Shown in pieces: positions 28,763 to 37,725 of a stretch of DNA of 54,033 nt. Under the pieces are notes generated by a model. The model was not told where the DNA came from and did no database searches. It worked only from the letters and a program-made list of their open reading frames with translations. The position numbers and the translations under genes were made by a program. Position 1 is the stretch's first letter. Each line of letters begins with the position of its first letter. Source of the stretch: a virus (lineage: Duplodnaviria > Caudoviricetes); the IMG/VR virus record IMGVR_UViG_3300031565_014860, positions 1-54,033 of that record. One strand, given 5' to 3'.

Positions 28763-29026
28763 ATGTCAATGAGCGAAGAAGAATTTAATAAGTTAGAAAA
28801 GAAAAGCACCGGATTAGGAGCTTTAGTATTAGACGCACTAAAAGATAAACAAGCATATAACGAGTCCGAGATATATAATAAGCTACATATGAAAATCGAA
28901 GACGGCGGATTATCGAATATCTTTAAGTATTTACAATATCGACAACATAAAATAACAATGCGCCGAAAAGATACAATACGATACTTTAAACTCGATAATA
29001 CAACCGATACAAAGAAAACTATATAA
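28763..29026 (+). CDS. Winged-HTH-like protein, paralog 3
   Basis: MSEEEFNKLEKKS...LVLDAL...AYNESEI...LSNIFKYL...KITMRR...RYF; similar to 26560-26865. Confidence 0.65.
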   Translation: MSMSEEEFNKLEKKSTGLGALVLDALKDKQAYNESEIYNKLHMKIEDGGLSNIFKYLQYRQHKITMRRKDTIRYFKLDNTTDTKKTI

Positions 29027-29054
29027 TAGATTATATATAATCTATTATCTTTTA

Positions 29055-29150
29055 TTTTGTTTTACGTACTAATATAATCTTTATTCTCTATTTTATTTTA
29101 CGTACTAATATAATCTTTATTCTCTATTTTATTTTACTCACTAATATAAT
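29055..29150. repeat. 36-bp tandem repeat (~2.7 copies)
   Basis: Unit TTTTATTTTACGTACTAATATAATCTTTATTCTCTA. Confidence 0.85.
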
Positions 29151-29285
29151 ATATACATATCCGTATATATCACGAGAAATATATAATCAATGATATATCT
29201 TTTATTATATATCATCGATTATATATGATAAATTATATACGCTCATATAAATATTATAACTTTCAATCTTTATATATCTATCGAT

Positions 29286-29326
29286 TATCCTATATCTTAT
29301 ATCCTATATCTTATATCCTATATCTT
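29286..29326. repeat. 14-bp tandem repeat (~3 copies)
   Basis: Unit ATCCTATATCTTAT. Confidence 0.85.
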
Positions 29327-29429
29327 TAAAGATATATGATATAATATATGAGTAATATAATCGATATATATATAAGTATTATAATTTAAATAATACGTAT
29401 TAGTTAAAAATATAACGAGGCGATGTAAA

Positions 29430-29789
29430 ATGAATAAAATAAATGAATTTAAAAAATATATAAACGATGAATGCGAATGTTATAAAAATTATAATAAAAG
29501 CGGAAGTATAAGTTTAAGTTGTATTTTGCGAAACGATAAATATGAATTAATCGGAGATTTGTTAAATATTGCGGAAAAGATAAATATATTAATAATAGAC
29601 GATATATGCGATATTAAATATAACGATATATATAATTTAAATAGATTATCGTTTATATTTAAAAAAATCGGAAGCGATGTATATAATATATATGAAACGT
29701 TATATAGATTAGATAGTATAAGAATATACGGATGCGATAAAAACGAAAAAACGATAATACGTATTTATAAATGTAATAAATATATATAA
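29430..29789 (+). CDS. Hypothetical early protein inside the CG-only tract
   Basis: GAGGCGA RBS and promoter at about 29360-29402; 119 aa with no Pro, Gln, His or Trp. Confidence 0.6.
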   Translation: MNKINEFKKYINDECECYKNYNKSGSISLSCILRNDKYELIGDLLNIAEKINILIIDDICDIKYNDIYNLNRLSFIFKKIGSDVYNIYETLYRLDSIRIYGCDKNEKTIIRIYKCNKYI

Positions 29790-30005
29790 TAGAATATATA
29801 GATTTTAATATATATAATATAATATATATATTTTAATATATATTATGAATTAGGGGGGTCGTTTCGATTCGACCACCATGTCCCCATTGATTCTCTATGA
29901 GTCACCTTTTCGAATAATACGTCACTCTCGCTTAATAACAACACATAACTATTTAAATATCTGCGCAGAATAAATTATTAGCTATTTTCAGTAGGAGGAA
30001 ATCGC

Positions 30006-30188
30006 ATGGACGTTGGCAAGGAGTATCTGGTGGTCTACAAGGACGACCGAGGAGTAACGAGGACCAAAGTATTAAAGTTCGTTAAGGCGGATAGTTTTCT
30101 ATATCATTTTTATAATCCCTGGAAAAATCTTGAAGAAGGGATTAAGCGGGATAATGTATTTCGTTATGAAGAGGCGGTTTCCAAATGA
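30006..30188 (+). CDS. Small hypothetical protein
   Basis: GGAGG RBS, TATA promoter at 29945-29957, ATGA overlap with the next gene. Confidence 0.65.
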   Translation: MDVGKEYLVVYKDDRGVTRTKVLKFVKADSFLYHFYNPWKNLEEGIKRDNVFRYEEAVSK

Positions 30189-31459
30189 CCGATGAGCCTA
30201 AAAACGAAAGGGACCTTCTTAATGAACTTAAGGAAGTTTGGCGACTATACATGGACCATTATGTTATTGGAAACAAGGAATTAAAAGAATTAATGTTTCA
30301 TGTATTTTTAGGAGTAGTTCTTACAAATAAAAAATTTGGGTACATTGAGTCTGGCGATAAACAATGTTCTACTAGAATACATGCTTTTATTATTCAGGAT
30401 TCTGGAACGGGTAAAACCCAAACTATGGAAGCATTATATAATTTAGTAGATTTTTTAAAAATTTCATGCAGAAAAACAATCCAAGATAATGAGGCTTGTT
30501 TAACGGGTTCAGTATTTCAAGGAAAGGATAATAAAACAATTAAAAAGGAAGGAATATTATCTAAATTGAAATTGCTAGTATGGGATGAGGGTTCTGTTTT
30601 ATTATCGGATGCTCCACATATGAATATGAATGTGCTTACTTCGCAGTTTCAACATGTAATGGATGAACCGGGAAAAGTATCGAAAGGAATGAAGTATGAT
30701 GTAATCAATTATCCATGCAATTGTACAGTAGTTGCAGGAAGTTACATGTTCGATGGATTTAAGAATACAATCTTAACAAAAGGATTTTTACAGAGAATGT
30801 TTTTATCTTATAAAGAGTTCACACCAGAAGAAGAAAAAGAGATTCGAATCGGCGTTGAGCTAATGAAGCTGCAACAAAATCCAGAAAAAATAAAAAAAAT
30901 TAGAGAAAAAATAAGAACATTAACCGATATGATACCTAATAAAATTGATAAATATTTGCTATTTGATAAAGAAGATGTTAAAAAGTATTTAGCTATTAAA
31001 GAAAGTCTATATTCTAAATATATAGTAGGCCAATTTACAGGCGATAAACAAAGAATATTAAAAACATTCTTCCAAAGATTTCATGTATTAGTGAATAAAG
31101 TTGCAACACAAAGAGCAGTTATAAATGGACATGAAAGGGTAAATTATGAAGATATCATGTATGGTGTTAAAGTTTGTGAACCTAATTTAAAGAATCTATT
31201 ACAGCTATTTGATATGATGTATATGGGAAAATCATCATCTGCATCAGAAGAAAAAGAAAGAATAATAATAGATATAATAAAAAAGCATGGGCAATTAACA
31301 CAAAAAGATTTATTATTAGAATTAAATGATAAAAAAAAGAGAGGAAAATGGGATTTGGGGTATAATAGAACTTTAGATATAATCAAGATGATGATGACTA
31401 AAAATATTATACTTTATCAGACAGGAGATAAAAATTCAAAAATATTATATGTAGAATAA
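30185..31459 (+). CDS. MCM-like AAA+ ATPase/helicase with C-terminal wHTH
   Basis: DSGTGKT, ACLTGSV, EGIL, LLVWDEG, TVVAGS, FLQRM; lacks the MCM N-terminal domain. Confidence 0.7.
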   Translation: MTDEPKNERDLLNELKEVWRLYMDHYVIGNKELKELMFHVFLGVVLTNKKFGYIESGDKQCSTRIHAFIIQDSGTGKTQTMEALYNLVDFLKISCRKTIQDNEACLTGSVFQGKDNKTIKKEGILSKLKLLVWDEGSVLLSDAPHMNMNVLTSQFQHVMDEPGKVSKGMKYDVINYPCNCTVVAGSYMFDGFKNTILTKGFLQRMFLSYKEFTPEEEKEIRIGVELMKLQQNPEKIKKIREKIRTLTDMIPNKIDKYLLFDKEDVKKYLAIKESLYSKYIVGQFTGDKQRILKTFFQRFHVLVNKVATQRAVINGHERVNYEDIMYGVKVCEPNLKNLLQLFDMMYMGKSSSASEEKERIIIDIIKKHGQLTQKDLLLELNDKKKRGKWDLGYNRTLDIIKMMMTKNIILYQTGDKNSKILYVE

Positions 31460-31523
31460 CCAATAACTATTTATAGTTACAGGCGCATATATTTAGCAGA
31501 AATAAAAATAAGTAGGTGTTCAT

Positions 31524-32132
31524 ATGTCAGAAACCTCAGATAGATTAACATGGGACTATAATGTTCCTATAAATGTAAACTTTACAGTCATTAAAGATAG
31601 TGAATGCTCTATTTGTAATTCTAATATTATATCATTAGAAGATTCTGCTCCATTTTTCTTTTCTAATATACCTTCAGATATATTAATAGATTTTATATAT
31701 GAAGAATATAATGTAAATATTACAGAAGAAGAAATAATAGAACATAAAAAACATATTGAAAAGAAAAACGAAAAAGACAATGATATTAGAAATCAAGCAA
31801 ATGAACAGATAAAATTAATAGAAAGCGATTTACCACAAATAATAAAACCAGAAGATGCTATGGAAAGTGCTATTAGGTCATTATATGCTAGAAAATTGTA
31901 TTTAGAAAAAACAAACGATTATGCTACAAAAGAATATATGACTATCATAAATTCTCTAAAAGGATGGGTTGAAATGAAACTCAAAACAGAGAATAAAATT
32001 GTAGAAAATAAAGAATCACAAGGAATATCTTTATTGGATTTAATTAAAATTCCAAAGATTCATGATGAGCAACTCGGACAGTATCTCCCAACTGAAGGAG
32101 CAAGAAAAAGCAATATCCCAGTTAAAAAGTAG
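31524..32132 (+). CDS. Probable terminase small subunit
   Basis: Directly upstream of and overlapping TerL; CSIC...EHKKHI N-terminal motif; helical C-terminus. Confidence 0.5.
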   Translation: MSETSDRLTWDYNVPINVNFTVIKDSECSICNSNIISLEDSAPFFFSNIPSDILIDFIYEEYNVNITEEEIIEHKKHIEKKNEKDNDIRNQANEQIKLIESDLPQIIKPEDAMESAIRSLYARKLYLEKTNDYATKEYMTIINSLKGWVEMKLKTENKIVENKESQGISLLDLIKIPKIHDEQLGQYLPTEGARKSNIPVKK

Positions 32133-33780
32133 TTTTCAATCAGACATATGTTCTGTTATGGAATCTATTTTTAGGGTAAGGTCTAGCGATGGTTCTCTTC
32201 ATGATTATAAATTAGTGGAACCTCATCGACAATTATTAACAACTGGTTTATTGGGAGATAGAACAGCACTTTCTAGAGTAATTAATAAAGGACGACAAGG
32301 TGGCTTTTCTTCTTTTATTGGATATGAAATGATTACTATTGCGCAATTAATGCCTTATACTTGGCAATATTATATTGCTACTAATGAAAAACAGGCTAAA
32401 AAATGGTTAAAATTAAAAATAGAAAGACCATCTGCTGATTGTAGAGTCTGGTTTGATGGTTCTCGTATAATCGATATTGATGAAAAAAAATCTACACACT
32501 TAGAAAAATTATTTAATCATTTTAAGAATTTACCTAAAGGAATTAAAGAACAAATAGGAGAATCTTATATATGTGGATTAGCAGCATCTCCAGGAGGTAT
32601 TCGAGGTGCTGATTCTGTTAATATTTGTATAGATGAATTTGCTCAAATGGTTATTAGAGTTAATCAACAAAGAGAAGTCTATGATGCTATTTTCGATTTT
32701 ATTTCACAGGGAGGTCAAATTACAATAGAAACAACGCCTTTAGTTAAAACTGATTTATTCTGGAGAATTTATGAAGGTGCACCTGGTAATGGTTATACTG
32801 CTTATAATTTTCCTAGTATTGAAAATTGGGAAGAAATTGATTTAAATAGACCTTTATATTTATTAAATAAAAAAATGGAAGAATTAGATAATATACAAAA
32901 AAAATTATATGAAATTAAATACAACGTATTAATTAATTCAAAAAAACAGAAAGAAGTTCTTTTACAAAAAATGAAAATTCCATACTTTTGGCAAGATATT
33001 GGAAAAATGGAAATTAAACGAGCTGAGGATTTAGATTGTTTTAAACAAGAAAGATTGGGTATTCCATCAGATGTACATTTTAGATATATTGCTCCTGAAT
33101 TATTATATCCTTGTGTTACTAGTGTAGAAAAAGAAGAAAATGATGACAATGGGGTTTATATGATAGCAATAGACCCTGCACAAAAAAGAGATATTACATC
33201 TATTCATATTGGTCAAGTAATGGAAAATGGAGTATATGAAAGAAAAATATTAGAAACACAAGATAAATTTCCTAAACAAATAAAAATGATTAAAAGACAA
33301 TGTCTTAAATTTAAACCAATTAATCTTATTATTGATGATACTAATGAAAAAACAATAGGAGATTTAATGGAAGAAGATGGTGAATTTCCTCCTTTATTAA
33401 GATTAACGTTTAATTCTAAAGTAGAATTAAAAAATAGCAGTATGATGATGTCTAGATATTTAGCTACTGAATTTAAAAAGGCATTAAGTACTAAGAAATA
33501 TTATCTTATAAATCATCCAGTTGCATTACAACATGTATTAAGAGTAGAGAAAAAAACAACTGCTGCAGGTGCAGTACGATATGATGGTAAATTAGGTGGT
33601 AAAGCAAGAGATGACCATTTTTGGGCAAAAACAATGTTAAATTATGGATATATAGGTGCTCCTTTAAAAGGAACAGGAAGCTCATTTATGGTATCAGAAG
33701 ATGATAGTATACAAAAAGGAATATATGATATAAATAAAAAATCAGCAAAAATGGAAGCGGATATTTTATCTTGGAGGTAA
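32062..33780 (+). CDS. Terminase large subunit
   Basis: NKGRQGGFS (Walker A), IRGAD, ICIDEFA (Walker B), IETTP, nuclease IAIDPAQKRD, IIDDT, DDHFWA. Confidence 0.88.
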   Translation: MMSNSDSISQLKEQEKAISQLKSSFQSDICSVMESIFRVRSSDGSLHDYKLVEPHRQLLTTGLLGDRTALSRVINKGRQGGFSSFIGYEMITIAQLMPYTWQYYIATNEKQAKKWLKLKIERPSADCRVWFDGSRIIDIDEKKSTHLEKLFNHFKNLPKGIKEQIGESYICGLAASPGGIRGADSVNICIDEFAQMVIRVNQQREVYDAIFDFISQGGQITIETTPLVKTDLFWRIYEGAPGNGYTAYNFPSIENWEEIDLNRPLYLLNKKMEELDNIQKKLYEIKYNVLINSKKQKEVLLQKMKIPYFWQDIGKMEIKRAEDLDCFKQERLGIPSDVHFRYIAPELLYPCVTSVEKEENDDNGVYMIAIDPAQKRDITSIHIGQVMENGVYERKILETQDKFPKQIKMIKRQCLKFKPINLIIDDTNEKTIGDLMEEDGEFPPLLRLTFNSKVELKNSSMMMSRYLATEFKKALSTKKYYLINHPVALQHVLRVEKKTTAAGAVRYDGKLGGKARDDHFWAKTMLNYGYIGAPLKGTGSSFMVSEDDSIQKGIYDINKKSAKMEADILSWR

Positions 33781-33784
33781 TATT

Positions 33785-35329
33785 ATGGAAAATAGTAGAA
33801 AAAAGTTTAGTATTAAACAAATAATTAATGAAAATATTTTAGGATTACCAGTATCAGGAGAATTATTTAATCCAAATCCTATATTAAGCGGTAGTGCAAT
33901 AACCCCTATGAATCCTAAAAAAGAAAATAAAGAAGGGTCAGCATCAATAGATGATGAAGAATATGATTCTCCATTAAGTGATAGTACTGTAAAAGTAACA
34001 ATAGATAGAGATGATTTAGGGTGTAAATGGGCATATGATAATGATACTGCAGTTTATAATTCTATTCAAAAAATATCAACATTAGTTAATAAGAAAATAA
34101 TTATATGTATAAAAGAAGGAGAAAACGAAAAGGATAAAAATATATTAAATGCTAAAGAATTAATTAAGTTAAAAACGAAATGTTTAAATGAAGTTATTCC
34201 TGCAATAGTGGGTAATAAAATGTGCTTTGGATGGTGTCCTGCAAAAAAAATAAAAAAGAATGCTAAATTATATAAATTGTTTACAATGGGCCCAGAAGAA
34301 TGTACTCCTATTAGAAATTTATTTACTGGAGATTTAGGAGGAGAAGTAGGAGAAGGATTAAACCCTATTATTCCAAAACAACAAGTTGCATTAATTCAAT
34401 ATGGTAATGTCCCTACATATACAAGTACGGGAGATGTAACATATACTAAAGATTACTTTTATTTCTCTAATGAAGATATAATTGTATTTACTAATAATAG
34501 TTTAGGAAGATTTAAAGGAGTTTCTCCAGTAATGCGTGTTCTTAGATTAGTAGAAATAAAAAAGACTATTGAAAATATAGTAGAAATGATATTAAGAAGA
34601 TTCGGTCCTCAGATTATAATTACTGTTGGAAATGAACATGCAAATATGGAGAATCAAGAAGTACCAGCTGCATTTATGAGAGATAACGAAGGAAAATTAA
34701 GAGATAAAGCAACTGCTAAAGCTGTATGGAAATCTGCAATATTTACTAATATTAAAACAAATATGAAAAAATGGACTAATACAGAAACACTAGTTCAAAT
34801 ATTAGAATTTGGATACGATATTAAAACATTAAATCCTGGAGCAGCACTTCCAAATTATGCACAATATATATCTTTATTTGAGAGTTATATTAAAGTAGGT
34901 ATATTGGGATTATTTATTCAAGGAAGAGTAGATATTACAAGCGCTGAGATGCAACGGTCAGTAATGTCTGACCTTACAGATGCTGCAGATGATGAAAGAA
35001 CAGTATTAATACAAAAAATAAATGATGAATATGTTAATCCAATATTAAAAGAAAATGGATTTGAAGAGGGATTAATATATATTAAAACCGATACTATGGA
35101 CCCACAATTAGATAAAAGCAAAGCAGAAACAGAAAGAATAAAGTCTTTAGTTGTTAAAAATTATATAGATACTATAGGAGAAGTTCCAAAAAGTGTTTTA
35201 TTTGCTTTAGGATTAACAGATATAAAAAATAAACCTAAAGAAGTACCTAAACCTATAATAAATAAAGAAATAATAGATAAAGAAAATAATCCTATAAAAA
35301 AAGAGAAAGAAGTGGTAGATAAAAAATGA
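33785..35329 (+). CDS. Portal protein
   Basis: 514 aa directly after TerL; FKGVSPV...IKK.IE portal-like pattern; position before the protease. Confidence 0.75.
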   Translation: MENSRKKFSIKQIINENILGLPVSGELFNPNPILSGSAITPMNPKKENKEGSASIDDEEYDSPLSDSTVKVTIDRDDLGCKWAYDNDTAVYNSIQKISTLVNKKIIICIKEGENEKDKNILNAKELIKLKTKCLNEVIPAIVGNKMCFGWCPAKKIKKNAKLYKLFTMGPEECTPIRNLFTGDLGGEVGEGLNPIIPKQQVALIQYGNVPTYTSTGDVTYTKDYFYFSNEDIIVFTNNSLGRFKGVSPVMRVLRLVEIKKTIENIVEMILRRFGPQIIITVGNEHANMENQEVPAAFMRDNEGKLRDKATAKAVWKSAIFTNIKTNMKKWTNTETLVQILEFGYDIKTLNPGAALPNYAQYISLFESYIKVGILGLFIQGRVDITSAEMQRSVMSDLTDAADDERTVLIQKINDEYVNPILKENGFEEGLIYIKTDTMDPQLDKSKAETERIKSLVVKNYIDTIGEVPKSVLFALGLTDIKNKPKEVPKPIINKEIIDKENNPIKKEKEVVDKK

Positions 35330-35775
35330 AAATCAATGTTTTATCAAATTACGAAAAAGGAAAATTATCTGCAAGAATAAGAGAATTTAATACTAGGAAT
35401 ATAACAAAAAAATCAGTAGCATTAAATAAAAAAAGAGCAGATAGATTTATAAAAATAGCAAAAGAGAACTATAGTAGATATGCATATAATACAGGACGTT
35501 TATCTGAATCAATAGGTAATCCTTCTAAAGATGGAATATATAGAGTTAGTCCTCAAGGATTATCAATAGAAGTTGGAACAAAAGTAGATTATGCACTAAC
35601 GGTAGAGAATGGGGCGGATGCATATACAATATATCCTGTAAATGCAAAAAGATTAAGATTTGTAAAAAATGGAAAAGTAATATTTACTACACACTCGAAA
35701 ATACCAAAAAGACAAGGGAAGTATATATTGACTATGTCCGCTATTGAAACAAAAGCAGTAATGGAGACTATATAA
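35326..35775 (+). CDS. HK97 gp10-like virion morphogenesis protein
   Basis: NTGRLSESI...VGTKVDYALTVENG...IYPVNAKRLRF motif. Confidence 0.7.
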   Translation: MKINVLSNYEKGKLSARIREFNTRNITKKSVALNKKRADRFIKIAKENYSRYAYNTGRLSESIGNPSKDGIYRVSPQGLSIEVGTKVDYALTVENGADAYTIYPVNAKRLRFVKNGKVIFTTHSKIPKRQGKYILTMSAIETKAVMETI

Positions 35776-36005
35776 TGAAACCAAAAATAGAAATAATAAT
35801 TGTAGGAAAATTTAGTAAAGATGGTAATGGAATTCCATGTATATCTCTTAATAAAGAATTAGAATCAAGTATTAATATGGATAAAGATTATAAAATTACC
35901 ATTGAAGGACCAATGTTTGGAAAAGTAGGAAAGGTATTAAAAAAAGGGAAATCAGATAGATTTATATTAGCATTTTCTCCATCTAGAAATTCTATTTCTA
36001 ATTAA
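35775..36005 (+). CDS. Small hypothetical protein
   Basis: Overlaps the previous stop; followed by an oligo-T tract. Confidence 0.5.
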   Translation: MKPKIEIIIVGKFSKDGNGIPCISLNKELESSINMDKDYKITIEGPMFGKVGKVLKKGKSDRFILAFSPSRNSISN

Positions 36006-36106
36006 TTCCCTTTTTCTTTTTATTTTTATTAATAAAAGTATATAAAGTACATCGCCTAATATTATACAATGGCAAATAAAAGTCTATATATTGGAAAGGT
36101 GATATA

Positions 36107-37261
36107 TTGAATAATAGTATTGCATTTGCAGTTCCGTTTACAGCAGAAGTAATTGAATCTGATAATTCTAGTAAAGTTATTCTTAGTGGAACATTAATGG
36201 ACATGTCTGCTAATGAAAACAATTGGAAATTACATACCGTTGGTGATTTAGGAGTAGTTTCTTCTGAAGTTTCAGGAATTGCTATAAAGGTTCAACATCA
36301 TGAGTCCGATTGGGAAATTATTGGTACAGGTGACCAAGGAGAACATTTAGAAAATATAGTAAAATATAGAAGTACAATAACTGAACCAAAAGCAGTTGCT
36401 ATGTTTAAATCAAATACATGGAATAATAAAAATATGAAAGTAAGTCCATCTGTTTCTTATGAAAAATTAATATGTTCAGTTTGTGGAAAAGATATATTAC
36501 CAGATTTAATGGCATGGAAAGGACATAAACATGAAAGAGGTTTAATATATGCAGGTAAAAAATGTGTATACGAAGCAGCAGATGTGCATTTAAAAGAAAT
36601 TTCATTAACGTCTAATCCAGCATATAATTGTGCTAATATTGAATCAGTGTCATTTGCGGCACAAGTAGAAAAGCAAATAAAGGAGGCTGAAAGTATGTCA
36701 GACAATAAAAATACTGATAAATTAGTTGCAGAAAAAGACAAAACAATTACTGATTTAACAGCAGAAATAGAAAAGCTAAAAGTAGAACAAGAAGAGTATA
36801 AAAAAAAGGTTGAATCAGAAGTAGCAGAAAAATTAAAATTAAAAGCTGATACTGATATTAATAAAAAAAACGATGAAGCAACACAAGTAGCTGAAATTGA
36901 AAAAGCAAAAGAAGCTGCTAAAATTGCAGAAGCAGAAAAAGATAAAAAAATAGAAGAAATAGCATCTCGATTAAAAACAGTAGAAGATAAAAATTCACAA
37001 TACATTAGAAATGAAAGAGCTGAAATATTATCTAAGAAAATTGGAGATGAAAAATTAATTGCTTCTATATTAGATTCTGTAAAAACAGATGAACAGTTTA
37101 CAGCAGAAATAGAAAAAATTGATATGATTGTTCAAGCAACAAAAGGAACAGCACCTATAGATAATGTTTTAAGTGCTAAACAGGAAAATGATATATGCCT
37201 TGACTTATTTGGTTCTACTAAAGAAGAATTAATAAGTAATTTAGTTGGGGCTAAGGAGTAA
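36107..37261 (+). CDS. Prohead protease / scaffold fusion
   Basis: NENNW, VQHH...IIG, VSPS, CSVCG...H Zn insert, EISLTSNPA, C-terminal coiled coil; TTG start after GGTGA. Confidence 0.78.
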   Translation: MNNSIAFAVPFTAEVIESDNSSKVILSGTLMDMSANENNWKLHTVGDLGVVSSEVSGIAIKVQHHESDWEIIGTGDQGEHLENIVKYRSTITEPKAVAMFKSNTWNNKNMKVSPSVSYEKLICSVCGKDILPDLMAWKGHKHERGLIYAGKKCVYEAADVHLKEISLTSNPAYNCANIESVSFAAQVEKQIKEAESMSDNKNTDKLVAEKDKTITDLTAEIEKLKVEQEEYKKKVESEVAEKLKLKADTDINKKNDEATQVAEIEKAKEAAKIAEAEKDKKIEEIASRLKTVEDKNSQYIRNERAEILSKKIGDEKLIASILDSVKTDEQFTAEIEKIDMIVQATKGTAPIDNVLSAKQENDICLDLFGSTKEELISNLVGAKE

Positions 37262-37271
37262 GGTGATATAA

Positions 37272-37715
37272 ATGTCAGATTCAAATTCAACAGCACAAGT
37301 ACCAAGACCATTTCCACTATCAGCTAATCAAACAGTAGCATATGAAGGATTACTTTTTAAGAAAGATTCTGGAAATTCATATACAATAAATGCAGCAGTA
37401 ACAGACACTCCATCTATTGTATCAGACCAAGCATGGGTTGATGCAGAACAAACAGCAAGAACAGCAGCAGCTGGAGATAGAGGATTATTAGGATATCCAT
37501 TAGGATGTGGAAAAATAGTAATGGTTAAATCTGTTGCAGATACATATACAGCATTTTGTAAAGTATATGGTTCACAAACAGCAGATGCAAATGGATATTG
37601 CAGTGTAGATAGTTCTAATTCAGCAGTATGCATTGGACATTACATAGGCGAAGGGGAAGCAACCACAGCCGGAGATTTAATTCCAGTAATATTGGATACT
37701 CCATCAACTCAATAA
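37272..37715 (+). CDS. Capsid decoration/cement protein
   Basis: 147 aa, Ala/Gly-rich, between scaffold and capsid genes; ends ATTAGDLIPVIL. Confidence 0.6.
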   Translation: MSDSNSTAQVPRPFPLSANQTVAYEGLLFKKDSGNSYTINAAVTDTPSIVSDQAWVDAEQTARTAAAGDRGLLGYPLGCGKIVMVKSVADTYTAFCKVYGSQTADANGYCSVDSSNSAVCIGHYIGEGEATTAGDLIPVILDTPSTQ

Positions 37716-37725
37716 GGTGATATAA

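Noticed and set aside
29055-29326. 36-bp and 14-bp repeats as a mini CRISPR array
   Set aside because: Units are directly tandem with no unique spacers.
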